From Deltaproteobacteria bacterium (GTDB lineage: Bacteria > Myxococcota_A > Polyangia > Polyangiales > JADJMO01), in the NCBI GenBank assembly GCA_016182965.1, contig JACPFM010000024.1:15891-79890 (forward strand): a DNA stretch of 64,000 bases, written 5' to 3'. A program made the position numbers and the translations under genes. The notes beneath the pieces are model-generated. The model had not been told where the DNA came from, searched no databases, and saw only the letters and a program-made list of their open reading frames with translations. Every line of letters starts with the position of its first letter. Position 1 is the first letter of the stretch. Shown here piece after piece: positions 37,100 to 46,191 of the stretch.

Positions 37100-38524
37100 A
37101 TGGCCCGCTGGGAATTCAAGCTGCCCGACATCGGCGAAGGCGTGACCGAAGGCGAGATCGTCTCCTGGCTCGTGAAGCCGGGTGAGCACGTCAAGGAAGA
37201 CCAGCCGATGGTCGAGGTCATGACCGACAAGGCGACGGTCACCATCACCTCGCCGAAGACGGGGACGATCGCCGAGCTGCACGGCAACGTCGGCCAGGTC
37301 GTGAAGGTGCACGCGGTGCTGGTCAGCTACGACCTCGGCAACGGCGGCACCGCCTCCACCTCCGCGAGCACGTCGGCGGCCGCGGCCCCCTCCCCGAGCG
37401 TCGCGGCGGCGCCTACCGCGCAGTCCGCCGGGCTCGGGACGAAGGCGGCCGGTCCTGCTGCCACGGCGGTCGGCGACATCAGGGAGGATCTGCCGGGCAT
37501 GTCGCTGATGCGCGGCTCGGCCCCGGCCGAAGCCCCGATCGCGGCCGCCGCGCCGGCGACCTCCGGCTACTTCGCCGAGAAGCCGCTCGCCACGCCGGCG
37601 ACGCGCAAGCTCGCGCGCGATCTCGAGGTCGATCTGCGGCGGGTGCCGCCGACGGGCGAGAACGGCCGGGTGACCCGAGACGACGTGCAGCGCTTCAAGG
37701 GCGGAGCCCACGCCAACGGCCACCATGCGCCCGCCGCGCCCGCCGCGCCCGCCGCGGCGCCTCCCGCGCCGGCCGCCGCCCGCGCGCCGGTGGTCATCGC
37801 GCCGCCGGCCGGCAACGCACAGGAGCTCGAGGAGCGCGTCCCCTTCGTCGGCGTGCGCCGCAAGATCGCCGAGCGGATGGCGCAGTCCAAGCACACCGCG
37901 GCGCACTTCACCTTCGTCGAGGAGTGCGACGTCACCGAGCTGAAGAGGGTGCGCGAGCGCCTCAGGCCGCACGCCGAGAAGGCGGGCGTCAAGCTCACGC
38001 CGCTCGCGTTCATCGCCAAGGCGGTCGTCGCCGCGCTGGCCAGGCACCCGACGCTCAACAGCGCGCTCGACGAGTCGACCAACGAGCTGGTCATCCGCAA
38101 GTACGTCAACCTCGGCATCGCCGCCGCGACCGACGCGGGGCTGATGGTCCCGGTGGTCAAGGACGCCGATCGCAAGTCGATCCTCGAGCTCGCGCGCGAC
38201 ATCGAGCGCCTCGGCACCGGCGCGCGCGACGGCAAGCTCAAGCCGCAGGATCTGAGCGGGTCGACGTTCACCATCACGTCGCTCGGCGCGCAGGGCGGCC
38301 TGTTCGCCACGCCGATCATCAACTTCCCCGAGGTGGCGATCCTCGGCGTGCACCAGATCAAGCAGAAGCCGGTGGTGCGCGACGGGCAGATCGTCATCGG
38401 CGAGGTGATGCTCCTGTCGCTCTCGTTCGACCACCGCATCATCGACGGGCACGTCGGCGCGGCGTTCGCTTACGAGGTGATCGGCTACCTGCAGGAGCCC
38501 GATCGGCTGCTCCTCGAGGGCTGA
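37100..38524 (+). CDS. dihydrolipoamide acyltransferase E2 (branched-chain type)
   Basis: Lipoyl domain (VEVMTDKATVTITSP), Ala/Pro linkers, E3/E1-binding domain (ATPATRKLARDLEVDL) and a catalytic domain with SFDHRIIDG. Confidence 0.92.
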   Translation: MARWEFKLPDIGEGVTEGEIVSWLVKPGEHVKEDQPMVEVMTDKATVTITSPKTGTIAELHGNVGQVVKVHAVLVSYDLGNGGTASTSASTSAAAAPSPSVAAAPTAQSAGLGTKAAGPAATAVGDIREDLPGMSLMRGSAPAEAPIAAAAPATSGYFAEKPLATPATRKLARDLEVDLRRVPPTGENGRVTRDDVQRFKGGAHANGHHAPAAPAAPAAAPPAPAAARAPVVIAPPAGNAQELEERVPFVGVRRKIAERMAQSKHTAAHFTFVEECDVTELKRVRERLRPHAEKAGVKLTPLAFIAKAVVAALARHPTLNSALDESTNELVIRKYVNLGIAAATDAGLMVPVVKDADRKSILELARDIERLGTGARDGKLKPQDLSGSTFTITSLGAQGGLFATPIINFPEVAILGVHQIKQKPVVRDGQIVIGEVMLLSLSFDHRIIDGHVGAAFAYEVIGYLQEPDRLLLEG

Positions 38525-38602
38525 TCGCGGCGCACAGCAAGAGGGGGCGAGCGGACGCGAGCGTTTGCGCACGAGCCCTGCCGGTGGTAGCCCGGTGGCG
38601 GC

Positions 38603-40150
38603 GTGCCCCGTTTCGATGTGAGCGAAGACGTCCCCAACGGCCCCGCGCCCCCCTCGCCCGAGCCGGCGCAGAGCGGCAGCGTCGCGGCGCGCTCGCAGGT
38701 CGACGAGACCTCGCCCGCGATCTCCGGCCGCGCGCACGCGTGGTTCTGGCTCGCCATCGGCTGCGCGATCGTCGGCGTGGTGCAGGTGCCGCTCGTGCTC
38801 GTCGCCCACCGCGGCGCGGCGCCCCCGACGGCCGTGGCGGCCGCCCCCGCGCCGCCGATCGCGAGCGCCGCCTCCGCGATCGCGACGCCTGCCGCGAGCG
38901 CGCTCCCGCCCGAGCCCGCCACCGCGCCGCGCCTCGCGCAGCTCGAGGGCGACGCGATCGAGGTGCTCCACACCAAGGTCGGCAAGCGCACGTGCGTCCA
39001 GGCGCTCGAGGCGCTCGGCGTCGCTCCCGGCGATCTCGCGCGCGTGTCGACCGCCCGCTCGCCGCTGCGGAAGCTCGACGGCTGCTCGCCGAACGATCGC
39101 GTCTTCGTGGCGCTCGGACGCGCCGATCGTCGGCTGCGCGGCCTCGAGATCGAGACCGCGCCGGGCACCCTCGTGCAGGTCCTCGAGAAGCAGGTCGCCG
39201 GCGAGGCGGGCGCGAGCCTCGAGCTCGTCGCCGAGGCGGTCACGCTGCCGGTGACGCACAAGCGCTTCACGACCTCATTCGTCGTGACGACCGACGTCCC
39301 TTCGGCGGTCGTCGCCGCAGGGCTCGACGGCTCGATCGTCGAGCTGCTCGACGAGGCGATCGGCTCGCGCCACGACGTCCCGGCGCCGGTGCGCGGGTCG
39401 ACCTTCCGGGTGATCGCCGACGCCACGCTCGTCGCGGGCCTGTTCGACCGCTGGGACGAGGTCGTCGCCTTCGAGTACCGCCCGCGCGCCGATCTCGCGC
39501 CCGTGCGCCTCTATCACACGCGCGGGAAGCCCGGCGCGCTCGGCTGGTTCGATCCCAAGGGGCATCAGCCGGTGCGCACGCGGTGGCGCATGCCGCTCGC
39601 CTTCCCGCGCATCACCTCGCGCTTCAACCCGCGGCGGCTCCACCCGGTGCTCAAGGTGGTGATGCCGCACAACGGCTGCGACTTCGCCGCGGCGCCCGGC
39701 ACGCCGGTGTACGCGATCGGCCCCGGCGTGGTGCAGTTCCGCGGCGACAGCGGCCCGAGCGGCAACCTGGTGACCATCGGGCACGAGGGCGGCATCGAGT
39801 CCGGCTACGCGCACCTGTCGCGGTTCGCGCCCGGCGTGGTCGCCGGCACCCACGTCGAGGCGCGCACCGTCGTCGGCTACGTCGGGACGACCGGCCGCTC
39901 GACGGGGCCGCACCTGCACCTCTCGGTGAAGCGCAACGGCGTCTTCGTCGATCCCCTGTCGCTCAAGATGGACGCCTTCCGCGTCGTCCCGCCGAGCGAG
40001 CGCTCCGGCTTCTCCGCGCGCAAGGCGGAGGCCGACGCGCTCCTCGACGCGATCCCGTGGCCGGCCGATCTGCCCGTGGTGGCGGCCCCCGCCGCGGCCT
40101 CCGCCTCCGCCGAACCGGCCGGCGAAGAAGGAGACGAGCCGCTGCACTGA
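38603..40150 (+). CDS. M23 family metallopeptidase, membrane-anchored
   Basis: GTG start. TM segment WFWLAIGCAIVGVVQVPLVLV. HNGCDFAAAPGTPVYA, GYAHLS and GPHLHLSV motifs. Confidence 0.8.
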   Translation: MPRFDVSEDVPNGPAPPSPEPAQSGSVAARSQVDETSPAISGRAHAWFWLAIGCAIVGVVQVPLVLVAHRGAAPPTAVAAAPAPPIASAASAIATPAASALPPEPATAPRLAQLEGDAIEVLHTKVGKRTCVQALEALGVAPGDLARVSTARSPLRKLDGCSPNDRVFVALGRADRRLRGLEIETAPGTLVQVLEKQVAGEAGASLELVAEAVTLPVTHKRFTTSFVVTTDVPSAVVAAGLDGSIVELLDEAIGSRHDVPAPVRGSTFRVIADATLVAGLFDRWDEVVAFEYRPRADLAPVRLYHTRGKPGALGWFDPKGHQPVRTRWRMPLAFPRITSRFNPRRLHPVLKVVMPHNGCDFAAAPGTPVYAIGPGVVQFRGDSGPSGNLVTIGHEGGIESGYAHLSRFAPGVVAGTHVEARTVVGYVGTTGRSTGPHLHLSVKRNGVFVDPLSLKMDAFRVVPPSERSGFSARKAEADALLDAIPWPADLPVVAAPAAASASAEPAGEEGDEPLH

Positions 40151-40171
40151 GCTCCGCTCCGAGCGCTCTCG

Positions 40172-40192
40172 CTTCGACCTTCGACCTTCGAC
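40172..40192. repeat. tandem heptamer (CTTCGAC)x3
   Basis: gCTTCGACCTTCGACCTTCGACcc in the M23 to RavA-like spacer. Confidence 0.9.
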
Positions 40193-40260
40193 CCAGCGCG
40201 CATCCATCGCGGCAACGCTCCGGCCACGCGAGCGCGAAAGTGCACTACGATGGCGCCCCG

Positions 40261-41427
40261 ATGCCGGCAGCGCCCCTCCATCGCCGTCTCGAAGCGGTCG
40301 CGCGCGATCTGGAGACGCGGTTCCTCGGCCGCAGCGAGGTCATTCGCTGCATGCTCGTGTCGGCGCTCGCCGGCGAGCACGTGGTGCTGGTCGGTCCGCC
40401 GGGCACCGCCAAGAGCGCGCTTGCCCGCACCTTCGCGCGCCTGTGCGACGCGGTGTACTTCGAGTACCTGCTCACGCGCTTCACCGAGCCGAACGAGCTG
40501 TTCGGGCCGGTCGACATCGCCGCGTTCCGCGAGGGCACCTACCGGCGCAAGACCGCCGGCATGCTCCCCGAGGCCGAGATCGTCTTCCTCGACGAGGTGT
40601 TCAAGTCCAACAGCGCGATCCTCAACTCGCTGCTGACGCTGCTGAACGAGCGGCGATACGTCTCCGGCGGCGTGACCGTCGAGTGCCCGCTGATCACCGT
40701 GATCGGCGCGTCCAACGAGGTGCCGGCCGACGCCGATCTCGCCGCGATCTTCGATCGCTTCCTGCTGCGCGTCCGCGCCGACTACCTCGACGCGTTCCAC
40801 TTCCAGGACCTGCTGCAGCGCGGCTGGGAGCTCGAGGCGCAGCTCGTGTCCAACGCGCGCCCGCAGCCGCTGCTCGGCGCGGCCGAGCTGCGCGAGGCCC
40901 AGAGGCAGCTCGCGCGGCAGACGCGCTTCGACGACGCCTTCCTCAACGCCTACCGCGGCCTCGTGTTGCAGATCCGCGCCGAGGGCATCGGCCTCTCCGA
41001 CCGACGCGTCGTGAAGCTCCTCAAGCTGTGCGCGGCCAGCGCGTTCCTCGACGGCCGCGTCGCGCCCGATGCGAGCGATCTGTTCCTCCTCAAGCACGTG
41101 TGGAACGCGGAGGATCAGGCGGCGATCCTCGAGTCGCTCGTGCAGCCGGTGCTCGAGGCGCACTACCGCGAGCACCCTGAGGCCCGCCGCATCGGCGCCG
41201 CCGCGGTCGGGCTCCCGGCGATCGAGGCCGAGATCGAGCGCGTGCGCACCGTGCTCGCCGGCGGCGGCGCGCTCTCCGACGTGCAGCTGTTCTCGCAGCT
41301 CAAGCTGCTGGGCGAGCTGAAAGGCGCGCTCGCCAGCCACGCCGACGGCAAGGCGCGCGAGCTCGCCGGCCGCGTCGACACGCTGCTCGACGCCGCCTTC
41401 AAGGGCGGCCGCTTCGGCGCGCTCTGA
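40261..41427 (+). CDS. MoxR-class AAA+ ATPase, RavA-like
   Basis: ATG at 40261. LVGPPGTAKSALAR (Walker A), FEYLLTRFTEPNELFGP, AEIVFLDEVFKSNSAILNSLLTLLNER (Walker B / sensor) and SDRRVVKLLKLCAASAFLDGR align with E. coli RavA as recalled. The upstream 779 aa of track ORF 37924..41427 are shadow frame. Confidence 0.85.
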   Translation: MPAAPLHRRLEAVARDLETRFLGRSEVIRCMLVSALAGEHVVLVGPPGTAKSALARTFARLCDAVYFEYLLTRFTEPNELFGPVDIAAFREGTYRRKTAGMLPEAEIVFLDEVFKSNSAILNSLLTLLNERRYVSGGVTVECPLITVIGASNEVPADADLAAIFDRFLLRVRADYLDAFHFQDLLQRGWELEAQLVSNARPQPLLGAAELREAQRQLARQTRFDDAFLNAYRGLVLQIRAEGIGLSDRRVVKLLKLCAASAFLDGRVAPDASDLFLLKHVWNAEDQAAILESLVQPVLEAHYREHPEARRIGAAAVGLPAIEAEIERVRTVLAGGGALSDVQLFSQLKLLGELKGALASHADGKARELAGRVDTLLDAAFKGGRFGAL

Positions 41428-41480
41428 TGGTGTCGGCGCTCACGGCACCGCGGCGACGTCGGTGTCGCTCGCGCGGGCCG

Positions 41481-41503
41481 GGTCGAAGGATCAAGGTCGA
41501 AGG
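41481..41503. repeat. two copies of GGTCGAAGG (reverse complement of CCTTCGACC) with 14-nt period
   Basis: GGTCGAAGG atcaa GGTCGAAGG, enclosed by the 7-bp inverted repeat CCGGGTC (41478-41484) / GACCCGG (41507-41513). Confidence 0.8.
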
Positions 41504-41532
41504 CGAGACCCGGTGCTGTAGAATGACGCGAC

Positions 41533-41799
41533 ATGCGCGCCATTCGCGTCCTCGACTCCGCCCCCCTCGTCCGTCGCGGTGTCGTCGTGCTCGAGCTCGA
41601 CACGCCGAGTCCGCTGCTCGGCGTCGCCATCGGCATGTTCGCCGAGATCGTGTGGAAGGACGGCGGCCGCGAGCGCGTCGACATCAAGGGCCTGGGCTTC
41701 GCCAGCTCCACGCCCGAGCACGCGCACCTGATCGTCGGCGCCCCCAAGCGCGGCGAGTTCCAGGAGATCGAGCGCATCGAGATCGAGCCGCGCGCGTGA
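41533..41799 (+). CDS. small hypothetical protein
   Basis: 88-aa ORF with ordinary composition and a 6-nt gap to tatD. No family recognised. Confidence 0.4.
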   Translation: MRAIRVLDSAPLVRRGVVVLELDTPSPLLGVAIGMFAEIVWKDGGRERVDIKGLGFASSTPEHAHLIVGAPKRGEFQEIERIEIEPRA

Positions 41800-41805
41800 G
41801 GGCGC

Positions 41806-42585
41806 GTGCGCGCGATTGACACGCACGTGCACCTCGACGACCCGGCGTTCATCGAGGGCGCAGCGGCGGTGTGGCAGGAGGCGCGCCGCGCCGGCGTGGA
41901 GGGCGCGATCGCGGTGGGGGTGGAGCCGGCGACGTGGTCGCGCACCCTCGCGGTCGCGCGCGGGCTGCCGGGCGTGCGCGTCGCGCTCGGGATCCACCCG
42001 CAGGCGGTGCCCGCGCTCGACGACGAGACCATCGGGCGCGCGCTCGCGGATCTGCCGGCGCTGCTCGGCGACCACGGCGCGGTGGCGATCGGCGAGTGCG
42101 GCCTCGACGGGCCGGCCGGCGATCTCGATCGGCAGGGGCGCGTGCTCCGCGAGCAGCTCGCGCTCGCGCGCGATCTCGCGCTGCCGGTGTCGCTGCACGT
42201 CTTCCGGGTGCACGGGCCGGCGCTGAAGCTCCTGCGCGACCTCGGTCCGCTCCCGGCCGGCGGGGTGGTCCACAGCTACTCGGGCTCCGCCGAGCTGGTG
42301 CGCGACTACCTTCGCCTCGGGTGGTCCTTCTCCTTCGCGGGCGCGGTCACCCGCTCGAACGCGAAGCGCCCGCTGGCCGCGGCGCTGGCGGTGCCGCTCG
42401 ATCATCTCCTGGTGGAGACCGACGCGCCGTTCCAGCCGACCGGCGCCGACGCGCGCGATCGCACGCGCGGCGAGCCGCGCGATCTGCCGGAGGTGATCGG
42501 CGCGCTTGCGCGCGCGCGCGGGCTCGATCCCGAGGAGCTCGCCGAGACGACGACCGCGAACGCGCGGCGCATCTTCCGCCTGTGA
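41806..42585 (+). CDS. TatD family metal-dependent hydrolase
   Basis: GTG start. IDTHVHLDD, GECGLD, SLHVF, VVHSYSGS, LLVETDAPF. Confidence 0.88.
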   Translation: MRAIDTHVHLDDPAFIEGAAAVWQEARRAGVEGAIAVGVEPATWSRTLAVARGLPGVRVALGIHPQAVPALDDETIGRALADLPALLGDHGAVAIGECGLDGPAGDLDRQGRVLREQLALARDLALPVSLHVFRVHGPALKLLRDLGPLPAGGVVHSYSGSAELVRDYLRLGWSFSFAGAVTRSNAKRPLAAALAVPLDHLLVETDAPFQPTGADARDRTRGEPRDLPEVIGALARARGLDPEELAETTTANARRIFRL

Positions 42586-42617
42586 GTCGACTACGCCGTG
42601 GCCGGCCGAAAATCGCG

Positions 42618-43442
42618 TCAGGGGAAAAAGAGGATCGGGTGGTCGGTGGTGAGGTCGAAGTGCAGGTGATCGAAGTGCGAGGCGTTGTAGTTCGGGCTGA
42701 TGCCGCTATCGAACGCCTCGGTCGCGTTCACCTGGCAGAAGATCGCCCATAGCTCCCGCGCCACCTTGGTGTCGGGCAGCGGCTTGGCGGCGGTGGTGCC
42801 GCAGGAGGTCTGGCCGATCTTGCCGTGGAAGTCCTTCTCGACGCTCCACAGCTGGCCCTTCTTGGTCTTGAACCCGGAGACGTCGATCGCGAAGCCGATG
42901 CGGTGCCGCAGCGGCGCGTTGGGGTCGAGGATCGCCTGGTTCGGGCGGTGGAACGACTTCACCATCACGTGGGTGATCGAGTGCTTCTTGACCACCTTCG
43001 CGAGCTCGATCAACGACACCGCCAGCCGGCAGTCGATGGCGTCGCCGGCGGCGACGGTGCGCTGCGCGTACGAGCGGCCGGTGTCGAAGTGCACGCCGCC
43101 GATGGCCCCGGTGACGATGATCGGGAACTCGATCTTCGGGGCGCCCGGCGCCTTGCTGAAGGGCACCTTCGCCTTCTTGAGCGCCTTGATGCAGGCGGCC
43201 TCGTCGAGAGCGCCGATCTGCGCGCTCTTGCGGGCGGCGGCGACGGCGAAGCCGAAGCTCGCGTCGTCGCCGTCGCTCCGGGCCGCGTCGCGCGCCGGGC
43301 TGTCATAGGCCTCGCCCGGCGGCGGCGCCTCCACGACGTCGTTGACGCGCGCGCCGCCCTCGACCGGGGCGCGATCGGCGGCCGGGGGGAGCGCCGCGAG
43401 GACGCCCCCGAGGAGCAGACCGACCGCGCGCCACGAGCCCAT
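42618..43442 (-). CDS. exported protein with extensin-like C-terminal (LAS-type) domain
   Basis: ATG at 43442. Signal MGSWRAVGLLLGGVLAALPPAA. RHRIGFAIDVSGFKTKKG and SPNYNASHFDHLHFDL resemble the Extensin-like_C family from memory. Confidence 0.55.
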   Translation of the reverse strand: MGSWRAVGLLLGGVLAALPPAADRAPVEGGARVNDVVEAPPPGEAYDSPARDAARSDGDDASFGFAVAAARKSAQIGALDEAACIKALKKAKVPFSKAPGAPKIEFPIIVTGAIGGVHFDTGRSYAQRTVAAGDAIDCRLAVSLIELAKVVKKHSITHVMVKSFHRPNQAILDPNAPLRHRIGFAIDVSGFKTKKGQLWSVEKDFHGKIGQTSCGTTAAKPLPDTKVARELWAIFCQVNATEAFDSGISPNYNASHFDHLHFDLTTDHPILFFP

Positions 43443-43665
43443 CCGAGGGGCCCTAGCATACCGCCTTCGCCGCGGCCCAGTTCTCGCCCTCGCGGCGCCG
43501 CCCGTCGACCGTACCGTCCCGGGCGTTCCACCTTCGGCACCAAGATGCGACGCGCGCGGACTCGGCGCAGCGGGACCTTGCTGCCTACATGCACGGCGTG
43601 TCAGGGATACGCGCCATAACGCCAACTCCGCGGCGACGCCCGCGGAGACCGTCTCGAGGAGCCCC

Positions 43666-44916
43666 ATGCGCCGCCTTCCCTTGCTCGCCGCCGCCGCCGT
43701 CGTCCTCGTCGCCTGCGCCAGCGCGACCGATCGCGAGGGGCACGAGGCGCTCGGGAAGACCTCCTCCCCGGTGATCAACGGCGAGGTCGACACGCCGCCG
43801 CGGTACGACTCCACGATCCTCATCCAGACGGTCCTGTCCGGCGGCTACGGCGCCGGGTGCACCGGCACGCTGATCTCGCCGCACGTGGTGATCACCGCGC
43901 GCCACTGCGTCTCGAACTACAACGAGAGCAGCCGCACCTTCGGCGCCGACTACGACCCGAAGAACATGTACATCTGGTACGGGACGGAGCCGCGCGGCAG
44001 CGAGGACAACCTCGTCGCGCGCATCGTCCACCCGGGCGGCAGCTACATCGACAACAACGACTTCGCGCTGCTGGTCCTGAAGAACGCGGCCACCAAGATC
44101 CCCTTCGCGCAGATCCGTCTGGCCAAGCCGCCGGTGAAGGGCGAGAAGGTCGCGGTCGCCGGCTACGGCCTGACCACCACCGACACCGGCACGCCCACCA
44201 GCCTCCACAAGCGCTACCGCCGCGAGAACCTGGCCATCGCTGCCGTCGGCCCGGTCGAGAGCTACGGCATCGGCGCGAAGGAGATCGTGCTCGGCGAGTC
44301 GATCTGCCAGGGCGACTCCGGCGGCCCGGTGTACGCGCAGGGCAGCGTCGCGCTGCTCGCCGTCACCTCGCGCGGCGGCAACGGCAAGGCGCCGACGGCG
44401 ACGCAGCCGTGGCTCGGGTGCGTCGGCTCGAGCACGTACAACCTGTTCACCCGCGTCGACGGGTTCAAGGATCTGATCGTCAAGACGGTGACCGACGTCG
44501 GCGAGAAGGTGTGGGAGGAGGGCGAGCCGAAGCCCGAGCCCCCGGCCGTCCCGGTGCCCGATCCCGGCGCGCTCGGCGCCGTGTGCGCGAACGGCGAGGA
44601 GTGCGCGTCGAAGCTGTGCGTCGAGTGGAACGGCTCCAACGTCTGCTCCGAGGCGTGCAGCGACCTGCTCCCCTGCCCGACCGGGTTCTTCTGCAACGGC
44701 GGGTACTGCCTCGCCGGCGAGCCGCCGCCTCCCGATCCGGGCACCACGCCGGCGGCCGGCGCCGCCCCGGGGACGACCAGCTCCGGCTCCTGCGCCGTCA
44801 GCGGCGCGCGCGCGAGCGACGCCGCCGAGGGCTCGCTCGGGTTCCTCGCCGTGGCGCTCGGCCTCGCCGCGACGCGCGCGCGTCGCTCGGTCCGTCGTCG
44901 TCGCGCCGCGCAGTAG
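43666..44916 (+). CDS. trypsin-like serine protease with Cys-rich domain and MYXO-CTERM-type tail
   Basis: RBS GAGGA. Lipoprotein-like MRRLPLLAAAAVVLVAC. Triad ITARHCV / NDFALLVL / GDSGGPV. Cys-rich module CANGEECASKLC...CPTGFFCNGGYC. Tail GSCAVSG...LGFLAVALGLAATRARRSVRRRR. Confidence 0.85.
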   Translation: MRRLPLLAAAAVVLVACASATDREGHEALGKTSSPVINGEVDTPPRYDSTILIQTVLSGGYGAGCTGTLISPHVVITARHCVSNYNESSRTFGADYDPKNMYIWYGTEPRGSEDNLVARIVHPGGSYIDNNDFALLVLKNAATKIPFAQIRLAKPPVKGEKVAVAGYGLTTTDTGTPTSLHKRYRRENLAIAAVGPVESYGIGAKEIVLGESICQGDSGGPVYAQGSVALLAVTSRGGNGKAPTATQPWLGCVGSSTYNLFTRVDGFKDLIVKTVTDVGEKVWEEGEPKPEPPAVPVPDPGALGAVCANGEECASKLCVEWNGSNVCSEACSDLLPCPTGFFCNGGYCLAGEPPPPDPGTTPAAGAAPGTTSSGSCAVSGARASDAAEGSLGFLAVALGLAATRARRSVRRRRAAQ

Positions 44917-44937
44917 GAAGAGCTCCGAGGCTCGAAG

Positions 44938-46191
44938 ATGCGATCGCTCCTCCTCGCCGTCTCGTCGTTCGCCTGGCTCGTCGGCTCGCTCGGCTGCACG
45001 GTCGACGCCTCCTCCGACCCGGAGCGCGTCGGCCGCGCGTCCGCTCCGATCGTCAACGGCACCATCAGCGTCGCCGGCGAAGACGACTCCGCCGTCGCCG
45101 TCCTCAACCTGCCGCCCGGCGGCGGGTTCAACGGCGCGTGCTCCGGCGTGCTCATCTCGCAGAAGATCGTGCTCACCGCGCGTCACTGCGTGGCGCGCAC
45201 GCAGGCCGGCGGCATCGCCTGCACCAAGGACGGGCGGTCGATCTCCGGCGGCGGCGTGCTCAGCGACTACCCGGCCGAGAACCTCGCGATCATGACCGGT
45301 CCGCGCATCCAGTTCTCGCGGTTCGGCACCGCGCCGCGCGGCACCAAGGTGATCCACACCGGCGCGCGCAACCTCTGCGACAACGACATCGCGCTGGTCA
45401 TCCTCGACCAGCCCATCACCGACATGCCGATCGCCCAGCTGCGACTCGACGGCCCGCCGGTCGAGGGCGAGAACATCCTCGCCGTGGGCTGGGGCGTGAG
45501 CAACGACGCGTCGACCGACTACCTGCGCCGTCGCCGCAGCGACATCCCGATCGTGAAGGTCGGCCCCGCGTCGTCTTCCACCGGCGGCGGCGTCGGCCCA
45601 CACGAGCTCCAGATCGGCGAGGGCATCTGCAGCGGCGACAGCGGCGGCCCCGCGTACGCGATGACCACCAAGGCGGTGCTCGGTGTCGTGTCGCGCGGCG
45701 GCAACGGCTACCCGGCGACCGAAGAGGACCCGACGTACATCAGCTGCGTCGATCAGGAAGGCTACGTCACGCGCAACCTCTACACGCGCGTCGATCAGTA
45801 CAAGGACCTCATCCTCTCCGCCTTCGCCGAGACCGGCGAGGAGCCGTGGCTCGAGGGAGGCCCCGATCCGCGCAAGAAGAAGTTCGGCGAGGCGTGCGGC
45901 GGCGGCGACGACTGCCGCTCCGCGCTGTGCCTCGAGGCGGCCGGCGCCAAGCGGTGCTCGGAGCTCTGCGCCGACGACGCCTGCCCCGACGGCTACTCGT
46001 GCATCACCATCGGCGAGCCGGCCGGCGGCACCAAGGTGTGCGCGCCGGCGGCCGTGCAGCCGGCCGGCGACGCGTCGGGCGCTTCGGGCGGCTGCGCCGT
46101 CGGCGGCGAGCCCACCGGCCTGGTTTGGCCCCTGGGCCTCGCGCTCGCCGCGGCGGCCATCGTGCGCGGTCGACGCGCGCGCCGCCGCTGA
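44938..46191 (+). CDS. trypsin-like serine protease paralogue with Cys-rich domain and MYXO-CTERM-type tail
   Basis: Signal MRSLLLAVSSFAWLVGSLGC. Triad LTARHCV / NDIALVIL / GDSGGPA. Cys-rich module CGGGDDCRSALC..CPDGYSC. Tail GGCAVGG..WPLGLALAAAAIVRGRRARRR. Confidence 0.85.
   Translation: MRSLLLAVSSFAWLVGSLGCTVDASSDPERVGRASAPIVNGTISVAGEDDSAVAVLNLPPGGGFNGACSGVLISQKIVLTARHCVARTQAGGIACTKDGRSISGGGVLSDYPAENLAIMTGPRIQFSRFGTAPRGTKVIHTGARNLCDNDIALVILDQPITDMPIAQLRLDGPPVEGENILAVGWGVSNDASTDYLRRRRSDIPIVKVGPASSSTGGGVGPHELQIGEGICSGDSGGPAYAMTTKAVLGVVSRGGNGYPATEEDPTYISCVDQEGYVTRNLYTRVDQYKDLILSAFAETGEEPWLEGGPDPRKKKFGEACGGGDDCRSALCLEAAGAKRCSELCADDACPDGYSCITIGEPAGGTKVCAPAAVQPAGDASGASGGCAVGGEPTGLVWPLGLALAAAAIVRGRRARRR

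Noticed and set aside
37924-40260. N-terminal 779 aa of the 1167-aa ORF 37924..41427
   Set aside because: This part overlaps E2 and the M23 peptidase out of frame and is Arg-rich nonsense. Only the last 388 aa, from ATG 40261, show AAA+ homology.
43585-45603. 672-aa minus-strand ORF, and similar long ORFs 43857..46349, 57288..59813, 15061..16938, 14584..16671, 1..64000 generally
   Set aside because: These are antisense or out-of-frame to genes with catalytic motifs (proteases, kinases, sensor kinase). All are Arg/Ala/Pro/Gly-dominated.
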